From contig NMRA01000260.1 of assembly GCA_002633005.1 (NCBI GenBank), forward strand, positions 199,821-263,820: 64,000 bases of DNA. The letters run 5' to 3'. Under the pieces are notes generated by a model. The model had not been told where the DNA came from and ran no database searches. It was given only the letters and a program-made list of their open reading frames with translations. This document shows, one piece after another, positions 25,394 to 37,341 of the stretch (position 1 is its first letter; each line of letters begins with the position of its first letter). The DNA comes from Phoronis australis (Eukaryota; Animalia; Phoronida). The position numbers were made by a program, and so were the translations under genes.

Positions 25394-25554
25394 ATGTCAG
25401 AACGAGAAAGATCAAATTTCCCTTTACTTGTGAATGCTGTGTTTTCAGCAGTGGCATTTCTCATCACATTTAGAGTAATACCATGCTTCCGAGACATGTT
25501 TATAAGTGCAAACTTATTTGGAATTGATCTCAACAAGAAGTCGAAGGAGAAAGT
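25394..25554 (+). CDS. DPAGT1: DPAGT1 exon 1
   Basis: [14 protein letters not shown]...[12 protein letters not shown]; donor GTAAGT at 25555. Confidence 0.9.
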
Positions 25555-28500
25555 GTAAGTCAGAGGCTTGATAGTGACCACCGTCTCTAGCCGACTAGAG
25601 ACGGTGTAGCTTCCATAGAAGCTTCATACACCGGAAGCTTTTCCACAAATTATGCTTCACACTGACTAAAACATTGAAGTCCTGTTGTTATAAATACTTT
25701 TTGCGCATAGAGGGACACCTTTACGAGGCCATCGGATGTATTTTATTCCTTCCAACTCGAAGAAATTCTCCATTAATTCGCCATTTTTAACACTGCACGC
25801 AGCAGCTGGTATGTCGTCATATCCCCTGGCATGTGCAGTGTAAAAATGGCCAGTTATCAATTTTGGGAACTGAACGAGGGACTGCTCGAAAAAAATTTGA
25901 TAGGGGGATTATTTCTTCGAGTTGGAAGGAATTAAAAAGGTTTCCTCCTATAAGCAAAAGGTATTTATAACAAGGTGACTTGGATGTTTTAGTCAGTGAG
26001 GCATCATTCGCCGAAAATTTTGCAGCGTATGAAGCTCCAATACCAGCTACCACCGTCCTGTGGTTACTGTCTTGTCAGAGGCCCATTCCAAGAAATCTGA
26101 CTTCGCTAAGATAAATCTTAAATTTGAGTCAATTTTAAACTAAAACTTCAATTTGTCTTCAGTCGGTTGCAGAAAAGTGATGTTCAGTTTAACATAATTT
26201 TTTTGTCTTAAGTTCGATTAATTTACCGGATGTGGAAGTCGATGAGACAAATCTTAGACTTAAAGTGTAAATTGCAAGGTCTAAGTATGTTAAATTGTAA
26301 TAATATTTTCAAGATATTGTTTGTTGGATATATCTTCTTCCAATTATCATGTTATTGTGTCTGTAGTTACGTTAAAAAGCGAAAATTAAAAAAAATCCGC
26401 GAAAAGTTGACCTTTGACACCGTGACATGGTGTTGGGGAACACAAACTAGATCAANGTGTTTGCCTGCAAGATCCCCCCCCCCCCAAAGTTTTCTTGACA
26501 TAACATGGAGGAACAATGCGCAGCATTTCACCCTTTTCCAATTTTTTTAGAACTGATCATTTGACCACTTTTCTACGAAATTGTCTGAAGTGATACGCTT
26601 TTCACAAATTTGGACCTCAAAAACTTCCTTTTTCGCAGATTCTTGCTAGCAGGGTTACCATAGGATCGAATTTGAACCCTTGGGTCTGTAGCTCAGGTCT
26701 AGGATTGACGAATCTCTGTCAGTTTGAATTATGAAAAGCGTCGCTCTGCAGAATATGGGCGTCGGTAGATTTATTCAGCTTTTTACCGCCAGGTGACTCC
26801 TTCCATTCAGCATGGCGGTATCACTACTGGGAAATCGTGCGAGCAGAAATTTGATTATAAATTCTAAGAAAAGGGAGTAGGAGATATTTTCATGTATTTT
26901 TAGAAAGATAATGTTGCGAGGAATCGTACGATAGCAAAATCGTGTGTAGGTCAATGTCGTCATATTGTAAACAATTACCATACCATACTTGCCTGATAAT
27001 ATCGGCAAATTATTCTTGTCAAAATTACCTGTTCTTGTGGAGCTTGAACAAGTGATTAGCAGAGGCATCCCAATAGTTCATCCAGAGTTGCAAAGTGAGC
27101 AGTCGTGGCCTGCACTGCAATCATGGTATGCACTTTTCAAGTCTAGTTGTTGTATCAGACATACATACAATAAGATACACACATGCACTGCTTGAAGAAA
27201 GTATGAAACACCAAGGCATTCATTCGTAAGGCACATCACTATCATTTTTATTTATTTGTTCCAATAACTAACATTGCTCAAGGCATTATGCAGGCGACCC
27301 TTTTGTAAATTGACACAATTTGCTTTGACATTTAGTTCTGTCTTATATTTCAGCCCGGAGTCTCAAGGAGTGATATGTGGTGCCATCTATCTCATCGTTA
27401 TGTTCCTATTTATTCCCGTTCCCTTTTACCGTCATTTCACTGAGAATGGCGTGGACAACTTTCCACATCATGAGGTAATTTTATTGAAAGAGTGCGGCCG
27501 AGCATCTGAACTCTGATACATTTATTTGCAATGCACGCTGACAAATCTCCCTCTGATCTTGTTAACTGTTGATTTTCCAAGTGGCTCCTATCCAGACAAA
27601 GTTATTGTGAATGTGAAGTGACTGTTACTATACTGACAGACTTCTCTGGTTTGTACTTAAGCATAAACTAGTTTAGTCTGCATATGCTCAATGCAAATTG
27701 TCAGCCATCTTCCACTCAAGCTGTGACTAATGGTATTGGCCTTGATGGCACTATTAACTAGCGGCGCCTGGTGTAATGGCATGTTTTACTTACGGCAAGT
27801 ATGTCGTCTGCTCATTAACAGGAAGCTGAGAGGAGCATCGGAAGAGAGTGACCCCTCTGGAAATCATAATGTTGGAGTTGCAAATCTATTGTCTATGATT
27901 TATGATTTAACTTACTACGTTAATGCCCAGATGTACATCATGTCTCATGTTCAAAATTTGGTGTTGAGTTGGTCTATTCGCAACATCTTCGTCCTTGCTT
28001 CACCGATTAAGTAAGAGGATGTTTATAGTGTGTTATTGAAAAACTTGGAATATCTTCCTGTACTGCTCAATGCTTTATGCTAATTTTGCCATATAATACA
28101 AAACGTTTGCTTTAAACATGACACCAATTGAACCAATTTGCTTTGGAATTGCCAATAGAGAGAAGTTATGAAGCTAAATTCACTTCAGTGGTATTTCATG
28201 TGTTGAGGAAATGAGTGCTGAAAAAACTCTGGAATATGTCAAGTTGCATAGATTAAATGCGTATTGTCTGCTGTTGCTGACATGTGACCCAGGTGAAGCC
28301 AAGTGGCCATCTATATAAGGGTGAAGCCAAGTGGCCATCTATATAAGGGTGAAGCCAAGTGGCCATCTATATAAGGTAATGCTTTTGACAGGCATCGAAG
28401 ATGAGGATTTGAACTTGAACAGATAGACAAAAGTATAATCTTTGCTTCTAGCAGGAGCCAGTGTTATTGAAATTAGGAGAGGGTGCTCTACAGAAAATTG

Positions 28501-31500
28501 TTATTCATGTCTACACTGAGTGGGCAACTCGTAACTCATAACTTTTCTACGGTTATAACTTCGAAATTTAATTCCCATTGTTCGGACCGAGATTTACAAG
28601 TGATAAAACTCCCAAGTTCTTAGTTTTCGTTGCTTGAGTTCAATGCCATTGAATTCCTTTCATGTACACAAGGGGTTTATTGCCAACTGCACTCACCTTT
28701 CACACCAGGTTATCCCCAATTTGCAAATGTTTCACCCTCATGGATGGTTATAACCCTGCCACCCTTTATAACTTGTACAACTGGTTTTAAAATGTTCACA
28801 CCGAGATAACATCAAAACCAGGTTTAAAAGTTACAAGCACTTTGGTATACATAGTTACTGGGACATCTCTTCATATTCTCCTTCAGTTTGTGGAGTTTTT
28901 AACTGCGGTTCTCTCCATATGCTGTATGGTCTTTCTGGGATTTGCGGACGACGTCCTGAATCTACGATGGCGCCACAAAATGATCCTGCCCACTATAGCC
29001 TCTTTACCTCTTCTGATGGTTTATTTCGTCAACTATGACTCCACAGAGATCATCGTGCCAAAGCCGCTTCGCAGCATAATTGGATTCTCTGTTGATCTAG
29101 GTATACTCTCATCATTTGGGCTTAAAATGTCTGAAGTTGTGAGTACTTCACATTGTCAAAATCTGATAAAACTTGACAGTAGGGAATAAATAGAATTGAC
29201 ATTGCAAATAAATTATTAAAGAGTCTGGTATCTGACTTTTTTACATCAATCCTGTTTTTAGAATGATGGTCATGTTTGTTTGAATCATTGAAACATTTTA
29301 TCGCTCAACTTATACTTTGGCAGCATGGTGGTCGCAAATAAATGATAAAAAAGCTGGGAAATCTGCGTTAAATTCTCATTCAAGAATACTGACAGCTGTC
29401 CACCAATTACTCTGTTGCCGCGGCTGTATTGGAAAATGACTAGTACATCATAGACTACAAGACCAAAGTAGTCCGATAAAATACCATTTCCCCGATGTGA
29501 CGGCTAATTCTGTTAACATCTAAATAACTGGTAATAACTATTGAGGCAGCAAAATTCTAATTGCAAAATGAATTGGCCACCTCTCCAACTTTCCAGTTAA
29601 TTCCCCTTTAGTTCATTCTCTGCAATCAGGGGAGACTACTCCGACGGTCATCAGGGGAGACTACTCTGACGATGAATTCCACTTACACCCATCTGTCATG
29701 TTGGGGGAATTCGGAGTCATTTTGTCTGAATACTTTTGGCTTGTACTGTATCATAACAATAAACTGTATGTCTTACTGAATTATGTGTTTGTGGTCTCAT
29801 GGGTACTATATAGTATTCAGTCCTCTGCGCCTTTTTGTCAGGTGTGCTGTACTACATATATATGGGGATGATGGCCGTATTCTGTACCAACGCCATCAAC
29901 ATTCTAGCTGGTGTCAATGGTCTGGAGGCAGGCCAGTCATTCGTCATTGCTGTCTCGGTTGCCATATTCAACCTTCTGCAACTCGAAAGTATGTTATCAC
30001 AATAAACCCTATAGCACATGGTGCTGTTTTAACGCATTGTGTTTCACATATAGTCAGTTTAGGTAAAGGATGGTCGTTGACACTTATGACAAGCTTGAGA
30101 AAAGAAAATTTAACAATATGAACATTTGTGTGGTGGAGAGTGAGCACTTAGGTAGCATATGTTGCAATGTGAAATTGCAAGTGCTTTTTATTTTTGGCGT
30201 CTGTGTTTCACGTCTTGGTTTTAACAACTCTATTAACAAAATTTTTATGCTGATTTTGGGCACTGTGAAAATACTGTGATCACTGTTGGCCATAGTGAAA
30301 TTATTAATCATAATTGATAACATTAAGACCTAATAACTCAAATCTGCATTTTTTCCTGTTTAGCTGGCTAAAAGTGAAAATCAATAAGCCTTTTATTCAC
30401 ATCATATTAATTTTATAATATTCCATACCGTGATAGGATTCCATTTCCGATACCGGTCGAGTAGAAATCTTTTCATACTTGTGTGTTTGTTAGATCACAT
30501 GTGTGGCCAACAGATGGCGTGCTGAGCTGACTTTGAAATGTTCGCGATACATATTTCCACGCCGGTTTAAGATTTATGTACTTAGAAATTGTTCACAAGC
30601 ATGACTGCATTTTTGTCCGACATTGACTTAAAACATCCGCTCATTATTTCAGATCCTGCTGCCACTCAAGAGGCACATGTGTTCTCGTTATACTTTTTGC
30701 TGCCGTTTTTAGCTGTGTGCTCCGCCTTGCTCTATCACAACTGGTGAGTCTTTAATTGGTACCATGGCTTCCTCAAGATTTGAGAGCATTTCTGTTGTCC
30801 TTTCTCCGTCCTTCCCCATCTTACCTCCCTCTGTCAGCGTCTCTCTGTTTCTCTCTCAGTCCTCACTCCTCAATCCTTTGCTCTCTCTCTCTCCCTCCCT
30901 CCCTCTCTCCCTCCCTCCCTCCCTCCCTCCCTCATTCCCCGCTTCCCTCCTGTAATCTCCTCTTCCAGTCCTTTTCACTCTCTATGTCCTCCGCACTATT
31001 ACCATGCTTGTGATCTCTTTGTTATTTCAGTATTCGTCCATCTGTCCGTCCGTGTTTCCTCCCATGTTAGTTATACTGATCAACCAAAATATGTTTTACA
31101 AATAAGGTTTCATGCAGGATTTTAAGAACATGGTGTCCAAAATGGGTTTCCCAATTTCTCAGGACGTCGCATTCTAGTGACGCGTGACTGCGTTTTGATT
31201 ATCCCAAGTCAAATTTGAGTTATAGTGAAGACATTGGTCTGCAATAAATTATAATGTTAATCGTATCTTACATAATATATTAGCCAACTTCTTTATTTTG
31301 AAAAGGCAAATGAGCAATCCAGAGCTGTTGTTAGCAAGCTAAACGAAATATTAAGGCTTAATTTATTTAGGTATCCAAATGCTCAACAGGGCATCCATAT
31401 CCTGAATAGGACATTGTAGCTTGGGTGTCTAAATTTGAGTCAGGTACCCATTTGGATGTCCTGGATGCCTGCTAGATGAAGGCCTGATTGCAATCGTGTT

Positions 31501-34500
31501 CCATAAGTTGATAACCATTCTTACACACATGGACATGGTGGGGGCCATTTACAACTCAGCCAAAACTAAAATACCCGTAGAATCCCATCTGTTATTGAAG
31601 TCATCAAATTTTTATTTTTTGTAAAGTAAATCTTTTTCAATTTTTATTTATTCAAAGACTTCCTTTTAAAAATATCCTAAATTGGGAGTTGTATTTTTTA
31701 AGTCGTTTGCTACAGTTGTGAAATTTTCCTGAACATGTAATAGAATTTTTCACATCTTCGTTTTGCCAAAAAATATATCGAAATTTGAAAGTTCCAATGA
31801 GATTCTGGTTTTGTACACTAAGACCCATTGACCAACAAAATCTTAAAGGACCTGGTTTAATCAAAATTCCAATACAAATGGGTGATGTCCTCTGGCATGT
31901 TTTGACGAAATGCACAAAGTTTACTATTTTGAACTTCCTCCATCACCTTCATCCCCTCCCTAAGGCCTGCTCATCCCTCCATTCTCCACCATCCCTTCCT
32001 TCCTTTGTCTCCCCTTCCTTCATACCCCACTGTCCCTCCTCCAGTTTTTTACTCATCGTTCCATCCCCTAGTTCTCTGGTACCCCTTTGACTCATCAATG
32101 TAACAAGTTATTGTGCCTTGATGAATTTTATTTGTCTGCAATACGTTTGTAAATCAGTGCAGGGTTAGGACTAAATTATTATCTCACTAGCATATTTTTG
32201 CGTCTAACTTATGAAACTTGAGGCAAAACCATGATGTTGATAGCTTTCCACTGATTTAAAACAAATTGAAAACATGTGTTTTGTGTTTCAAAAGCTACCA
32301 GCAAAAAGCTGGGTCATTTGGCCCTCTAGTTTATTTAAGTGTTACTCAACATGGTTTACATACTTGCAACATGTTAGCATGCTGATAAGACCCCTATATA
32401 TTGTTTTACTTATTTACAGTCCCCATTGTCGAATAAAATAGACTGTAACAGAAAAGCAACAATATTTGTTCTTTCTAATGATAAATTTTCTGTAATTCCG
32501 ACCTTCTTTCGGTGAATCTTATGATGAGCCTCACTTAACCACTGGCTAATGGGCATTTGCCTATTAGTCAAATGATTAGGACGCTTGCCGATTTTATCAG
32601 GGGTCGTTGGTTCAATCCCCGGGTCTGGTGATCTCAGCAATTACTACAGTACTCTTTCCAAAGTAAGACTTGACGAAGTACTCGTTATAAACCAAGGAAT
32701 TCCCAAGCTTGGTGAGTGTTTGACTGACTTGTCCCACACTCTAATATCACTTACAAATTTGCGTCATTTCTTGGTGAGGGCCTTTTCCCATTGGAAAGAC
32801 CAAAAAGTGCCACAGCGTGATTGAAAGCTGTAATGCCGCATCTACCACAAATGCAACATAGTGCAAATCTCTTAAATTAATGGGAAAATGTGGAGCACAG
32901 ACAACAGAGTATGTCTACCCAATGGAAAAACCAAGCTTGCACATGTCGTGGTTGATGCTGTTATGTCACATGGGGAAATTCAATAACAAGCTAGTGGCTG
33001 ACTAGATTATTGCAGCAGCAACTTCAATATGGTTTAAACTGTTGATCCCAAGTAGCATTTCATACTTGAATGATGTGGTGTTGAGTAACACTGTGCGTGA
33101 GGATATTTCTTGATGTTCGGCACCAGTGCGATACTGAGACTCCTAGTAAGCTTTCTGTAGAAACCCACCTCGGTATTGGCGTGGAGCGTGCCTACTGCTA
33201 ATACGTGAAAGTCAACCACAGAGATTATGTATTAAAATCACATTCGCAAGGGCAAGAATACTGTAGGCATGAAAAGTACTTGTGGATTACGTGTATCACC
33301 CCATTTCATGATGAAAAACATGGATACTACGATATGATGCTTTACTGGACTTGGAAACTGCTGGAGGCAAAGTTTTTACATATATTGTATGCAAAGTTTT
33401 TCGTTAAAAACCTGTCCGTTGTTTTTCATTAATACTGTTATTTATATATCCGAGTCGCTCTCTCTCCATCTTCTTTCTAAATGCTTATTAATGTTATTAT
33501 CCTCTTGTCGTTTTCCTGTTTCAGGTATCCATCCTCTGTGTTTGTCGGCGACACCTTTTGTTACTTCGCTGGCATGACGTTTGCTGTGGTTGCCATCCTC
33601 GGCCATTACAGCAAGACGATGATGCTCTTCTTCATTCCACAAACTTTAAACTTCTTATATTCAGTACCACAGATATTTTCACTTGTGCCTTGCCCCAGGC
33701 ATAGACTGCCCAGGTAAGGACAATTGGACAGGTACTTTCCCTGTGTAGCTTGTAGGGCTGCTTGAACTTAATGTTGGGAAAGTGTACAGTAGTATGACTG
33801 TAGGCTTTATTCATCCAGGGGTATGACAGACTTTTCCAATTGCGTGCTATTTTAGAAACAGACTGACATGGTCATGTAAAAGATACACTGGAGAAATTTT
33901 GTACTTTTCGGACACTTTTTGGCTAAATTCGTCACAACAGCAATTTATGGACTTTCGTTGATAACGTCTTCTGCTTGAACATCATTGATGGCTATGGGTG
34001 AATGCTAACTGTTGTGTGACTGATAGGCGTATGATGAGTTTGTTTCAACAAAACAGGCAAGTGTTTAGTTTCAGCTCAAGATGGCCACTTTTTGACAAAT
34101 GCAGGCTGTTTAAGTATTTGGCTACCTTCCTTAGCAAAGATCAAGTTTGTTAAATAACTTTGAAGTATGAGTGAAAGACCCATGAAACTATGTATATACA
34201 TACATATACATACACACGTACACACATATATTTTAAATCGTTGGTGATTGCAGAATCCCATAATGTTCACAGAGATAATGCCCAGGTATTTGTAATCATG
34301 TGGCAGTGTTTTTTCTAAAAGAATCTTGATTATTCACAGAGATCACCGTAATTTCCACAATCATGATTTTTTTGCTTGAAACTTGCAAATTCTGTTTCAT
34401 ATTCCATTAGCCACAAAAGCGTGCCTTTTAGCCCAATGAGTCCACTGTCAAAAGTGCAGACATCAACATTCCTTGAAAATGGAATTCTAGATTTTTGAGT

Positions 34501-37341
34501 CAAGCTCGCGAGTCAAATGCTTGAAGAGAAACCCCAGACACACTTTTATAAAATAAAGAAAAAAATTTACAAGTTTCGTTCAAAAATTATGTTTATGAAA
34601 AACACAGCGATCTCCATGACAGATCTTGATTTTGAGAAAAAATGCATGCATATGGTTACAATTGCTTTCAAATAAATGATAAGATGATGTGATATTCAAG
34701 GATTTGAAAAATATACCGTATTGGCCCTAATAAGCGCCCATGCCCCTATAAGCACCCCCCCATGCGTTTTCAGACTTTAATAGAATAAGCGCCCAGTCCA
34801 TGAACGGCATGTACATGCGAAAAATGCCTTACCTACAGTTCTAAAATTCTACAATAACGTCTTCAATTTATCAATAAGATACGATAACCCTGACAAAAAT
34901 CATTGTGCGAGGAATTTGTAGACCACGAGCCTCGCCGCTATGTCAGTATTTAGCCGTGACTATACACTAAAAACATCCGCAGCGCTGCAAAAAAAGAATG
35001 CAAGTTTTGCTGATCTTGCGAAGGACGTGTCCTATCATGGTCTGGCCTTTCAAAACAGACGCAGCGTACTTGTCAAGGGGATTGTATTGTATCTTTTCCG
35101 TACAGATCTTAATTCTCCCTCCAGGAATCCAAATCTCTTTGTACTCGTGAAAACCGCGAACCAGAGACTAATAAAAACTTGACCTTCGTTCAGTTGAAAG
35201 CACGCGAGTAGGAAGCGCGCGCTACATTCAAGAATCTGTCATCGAAGATAGTCTTTGGAAACTATCTATTCATGAAACGGGTAGCATAGCATCAGCAAGA
35301 AATAAAGACTGGCGCTTATTTCCGAAAGTTTCTGATACGGTAAAAACGTTTGCGTTATTCTTAAGGGGAAATTATTAAATTAGCTATAATTGGTTTTTTA
35401 AAGTCAAAATGACCCACTGATAATGAACACTTAGCACCCTTTCACCCACGAATCTCCCGAAAAATAACTGTTAGACTGTCACGCATGCAGTCACCCGACG
35501 ACTCAATGACATTGACCTTACCGAGACAATTCTCGATCGTTTTTATGGCAGAAGATCGGCAAGTGCTAAAAAAACACGTTTTGCTTTACTGCTTGTGTTA
35601 ACTTCCTTAGTTACAATGCACACCTATAGATCGTTACATCGCGTTTACTCTGGCAAATGAACTCTAATGATATGCACGCACTTGCTCTCACACACAATAC
35701 GCTGACAAACATCACGTGACAACAACGTGTGTTTGTTAATCCAACTCCACAGGAACTTAAAAATCTTAGGGACGCTATTTTGAAAACTTAAGGAGGACAA
35801 TCAGGTAATTTGTTGAGTGAAGAATTCAAGTTAACACCTATTGGCGATCGCGAGCCAGCGACGCATCAATCGGTGTGTTTTCGCACTGGGATTTTTTTGT
35901 AGATAATCTGTCGTAGGTTACAGATGAGTCACAGAGCGTAAATTTGTTGAATTCTAGCTTACGATTTCACCTATTTTGGAGACCGGGTTTCAACCATTTT
36001 TGGGCTATAATAAGCGCCCCTCTTCCTGAAGCGAATTTTTCTAAGGGCCCTGGGCCCTTATTAGGGCAAATACGGTATAGTTTTATGGGTCTAATAGTAT
36101 TACGTAAAAAGTAAGAATAAGAAATTCTATCCTTGGTAATGAAGGATAGTCCTGAGGTGAAACATCCTTCAATTATGATTGGAGAAGTCACATATAAGAC
36201 AGGCAAACCTCCTCAGACCTACGTAATAGGTCACCAGCAATGGTACATTTGTGCCACCTGACATCATGTACCGATGCCAACTTTGATTAGTTGATGAGAT
36301 GTATGTGGATAGTCACTATGGTAAAAATGAGTTTGTGGCGGCTTTGCAACATTCATTGCAATACGACTCTTTTTAGCTACCTAAAGACCAGCATGTGCTA
36401 ACCAAAACATGGCATGCATTTGTGACCATGACTCTTATACGGAATTGTCTTCAGTTTACTCTGTGTCCGATGTTGGCTTACTGAGGTGACAATAAGAACA
36501 CGGAACTGATGGGATGTGCTTTTGATCACATTACAAGTGTAATGAACTTGATAAACATATAAAACTGGTGTTTTTGGTATCAATACCAATTTGCTCAATT
36601 AGTTTTTTATATTTATCTCAAAGCCTTTTCACCTTGAACAACATGATTGTAGTTATTTTACTACACAGAACGTAGAACTGTCCTGGTAGACAGGTGTGTT
36701 TCATGTATTTTATTGCGGCCTCTGAGATAGCGAGGTCAGCTATTGCTGGAACATGAAACCGCTATTATTTTTAACAATGAGGCTTAAATTAAAACCAAGT
36801 TTGTTTCTTCTTGTGCAACATTACTGATGATAAAAAATGTACATGGCTCGAACTATTTTGTTCAAAATCTTGAAATATTTTTGTCCCATGAAAGATGAAA
36901 AATATATTTAACGACCTACCTATGAAATAAATCTTTTACTACACCTTAAAATAGTTTCTCACAAGAATCAGGAAACACGGCAACTGATGTTTCTCTTCAA
37001 TCTCTTGAAAGATATTTATTTGTTCTTAAAGGTTGAATCACGAGACAGGAAAACTAAACATGAGTTATTCCAAGTTCAAGGAATCTGATCTTGGTCTTCT
37101 TGGTTCATTAATTCTGAGAATATTCTCACTCATCGGGATTGCGGAAGTCACCACCGCAACTGGAGAAGATGGGAAATACATGGAGTGCAACAACCTCACT
37201 CTGATCAACTTTGTATTAAAAGTGTTTGGACCATTACATGAGAGGACTCTGGTTCTGGTGTTGTTGGCTATTCAAGTACTGTTCAGTCTTGCAGCTTTCT
37301 TGGTACGCTTTGAGCTAGCCAAAGTGTTCTATGATGTCTAG
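25394..37341 (+). CDS. DPAGT1: UDP-GlcNAc:dolichyl-phosphate GlcNAc-1-phosphotransferase (DPAGT1/ALG7), 7 coding exons, 410 aa
   Basis: join(25394..25554,27354..27474,28887..29100,29842..29988,30653..30743,33525..33713,37032..37341) = 1233 nt. All introns are GT-AG and phase-compatible. Motifs: [71 protein letters not shown]. Confidence 0.96.
27354..27474 (+). CDS. DPAGT1: DPAGT1 exon 2
   Basis: TTTCAG acceptor; [21 protein letters not shown]...FPHHE; donor GTAATT. Confidence 0.93.
28292..28375. repeat. 28-bp tandem repeat, 3 copies (DPAGT1 intron 2)
   Basis: GGTGAAGCCAAGTGGCCATCTATATAAG x3. Confidence 0.95.
28887..29100 (+). CDS. DPAGT1: DPAGT1 exon 3
   Basis: [31 protein letters not shown]...VDL; AG/GT boundaries. 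Confidence 0.93.
29842..29988 (+). CDS. DPAGT1: DPAGT1 exon 4
   Basis: [37 protein letters not shown]...LE. This frame is not the one shown in the ORF track. Confidence 0.93.
30653..30743 (+). CDS. DPAGT1: DPAGT1 exon 5
   Basis: [30 protein letters not shown]; TTTCAG acceptor and GTGAGT donor. Confidence 0.92.
30880..30932. repeat. CT/CCCT low-complexity tract
   Basis: (CT)n(CCCT)n, seen directly. Confidence 0.9.
32550..32640 (+). mobile_element. tRNA-derived SINE head
   Basis: A-box-like TAGTCAAATGATTAGG and B-box-like GGTTCAATCCC at tRNA-like spacing. No intact cloverleaf. Confidence 0.5.
33525..33713 (+). CDS. DPAGT1: DPAGT1 exon 6
   Basis: [31 protein letters not shown]...CPRHRLPR; donor GTAAGG. 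Confidence 0.94.
34716..36075. mobile_element. Non-autonomous Tc1/mariner(pogo)-type DNA transposon in DPAGT1 intron 6
   Basis: TIRs CCGTATTGGCCCTAATAAGCGCCC and GGGCCCTTATTAGGGCAAATACGG, flanked by TA on both sides. Internal ATAAGCGCCC subrepeats. No transposase ORF. Confidence 0.85.
37032..37341 (+). CDS. DPAGT1: DPAGT1 exon 7 (last coding exon)
   Basis: [16 protein letters not shown]...[21 protein letters not shown]...FYDV*. Confidence 0.93.

Noticed and set aside
29101-29110. U12-type intron at DPAGT1 intron 3 (GTATAC...)
   Set aside because: It does not match the GTATCCTT U12 donor consensus.
30756-31013. Ser/Leu/Pro-rich ORFs
   Set aside because: They are translations of a CT-rich tract in DPAGT1 intron 5.
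32550-32640. Functional tRNA genes (also 51540-51618 and 61588-61675)
   Set aside because: A/B-box-like motifs are present, but acceptor and anticodon stems do not pair. Treated as SINE heads.
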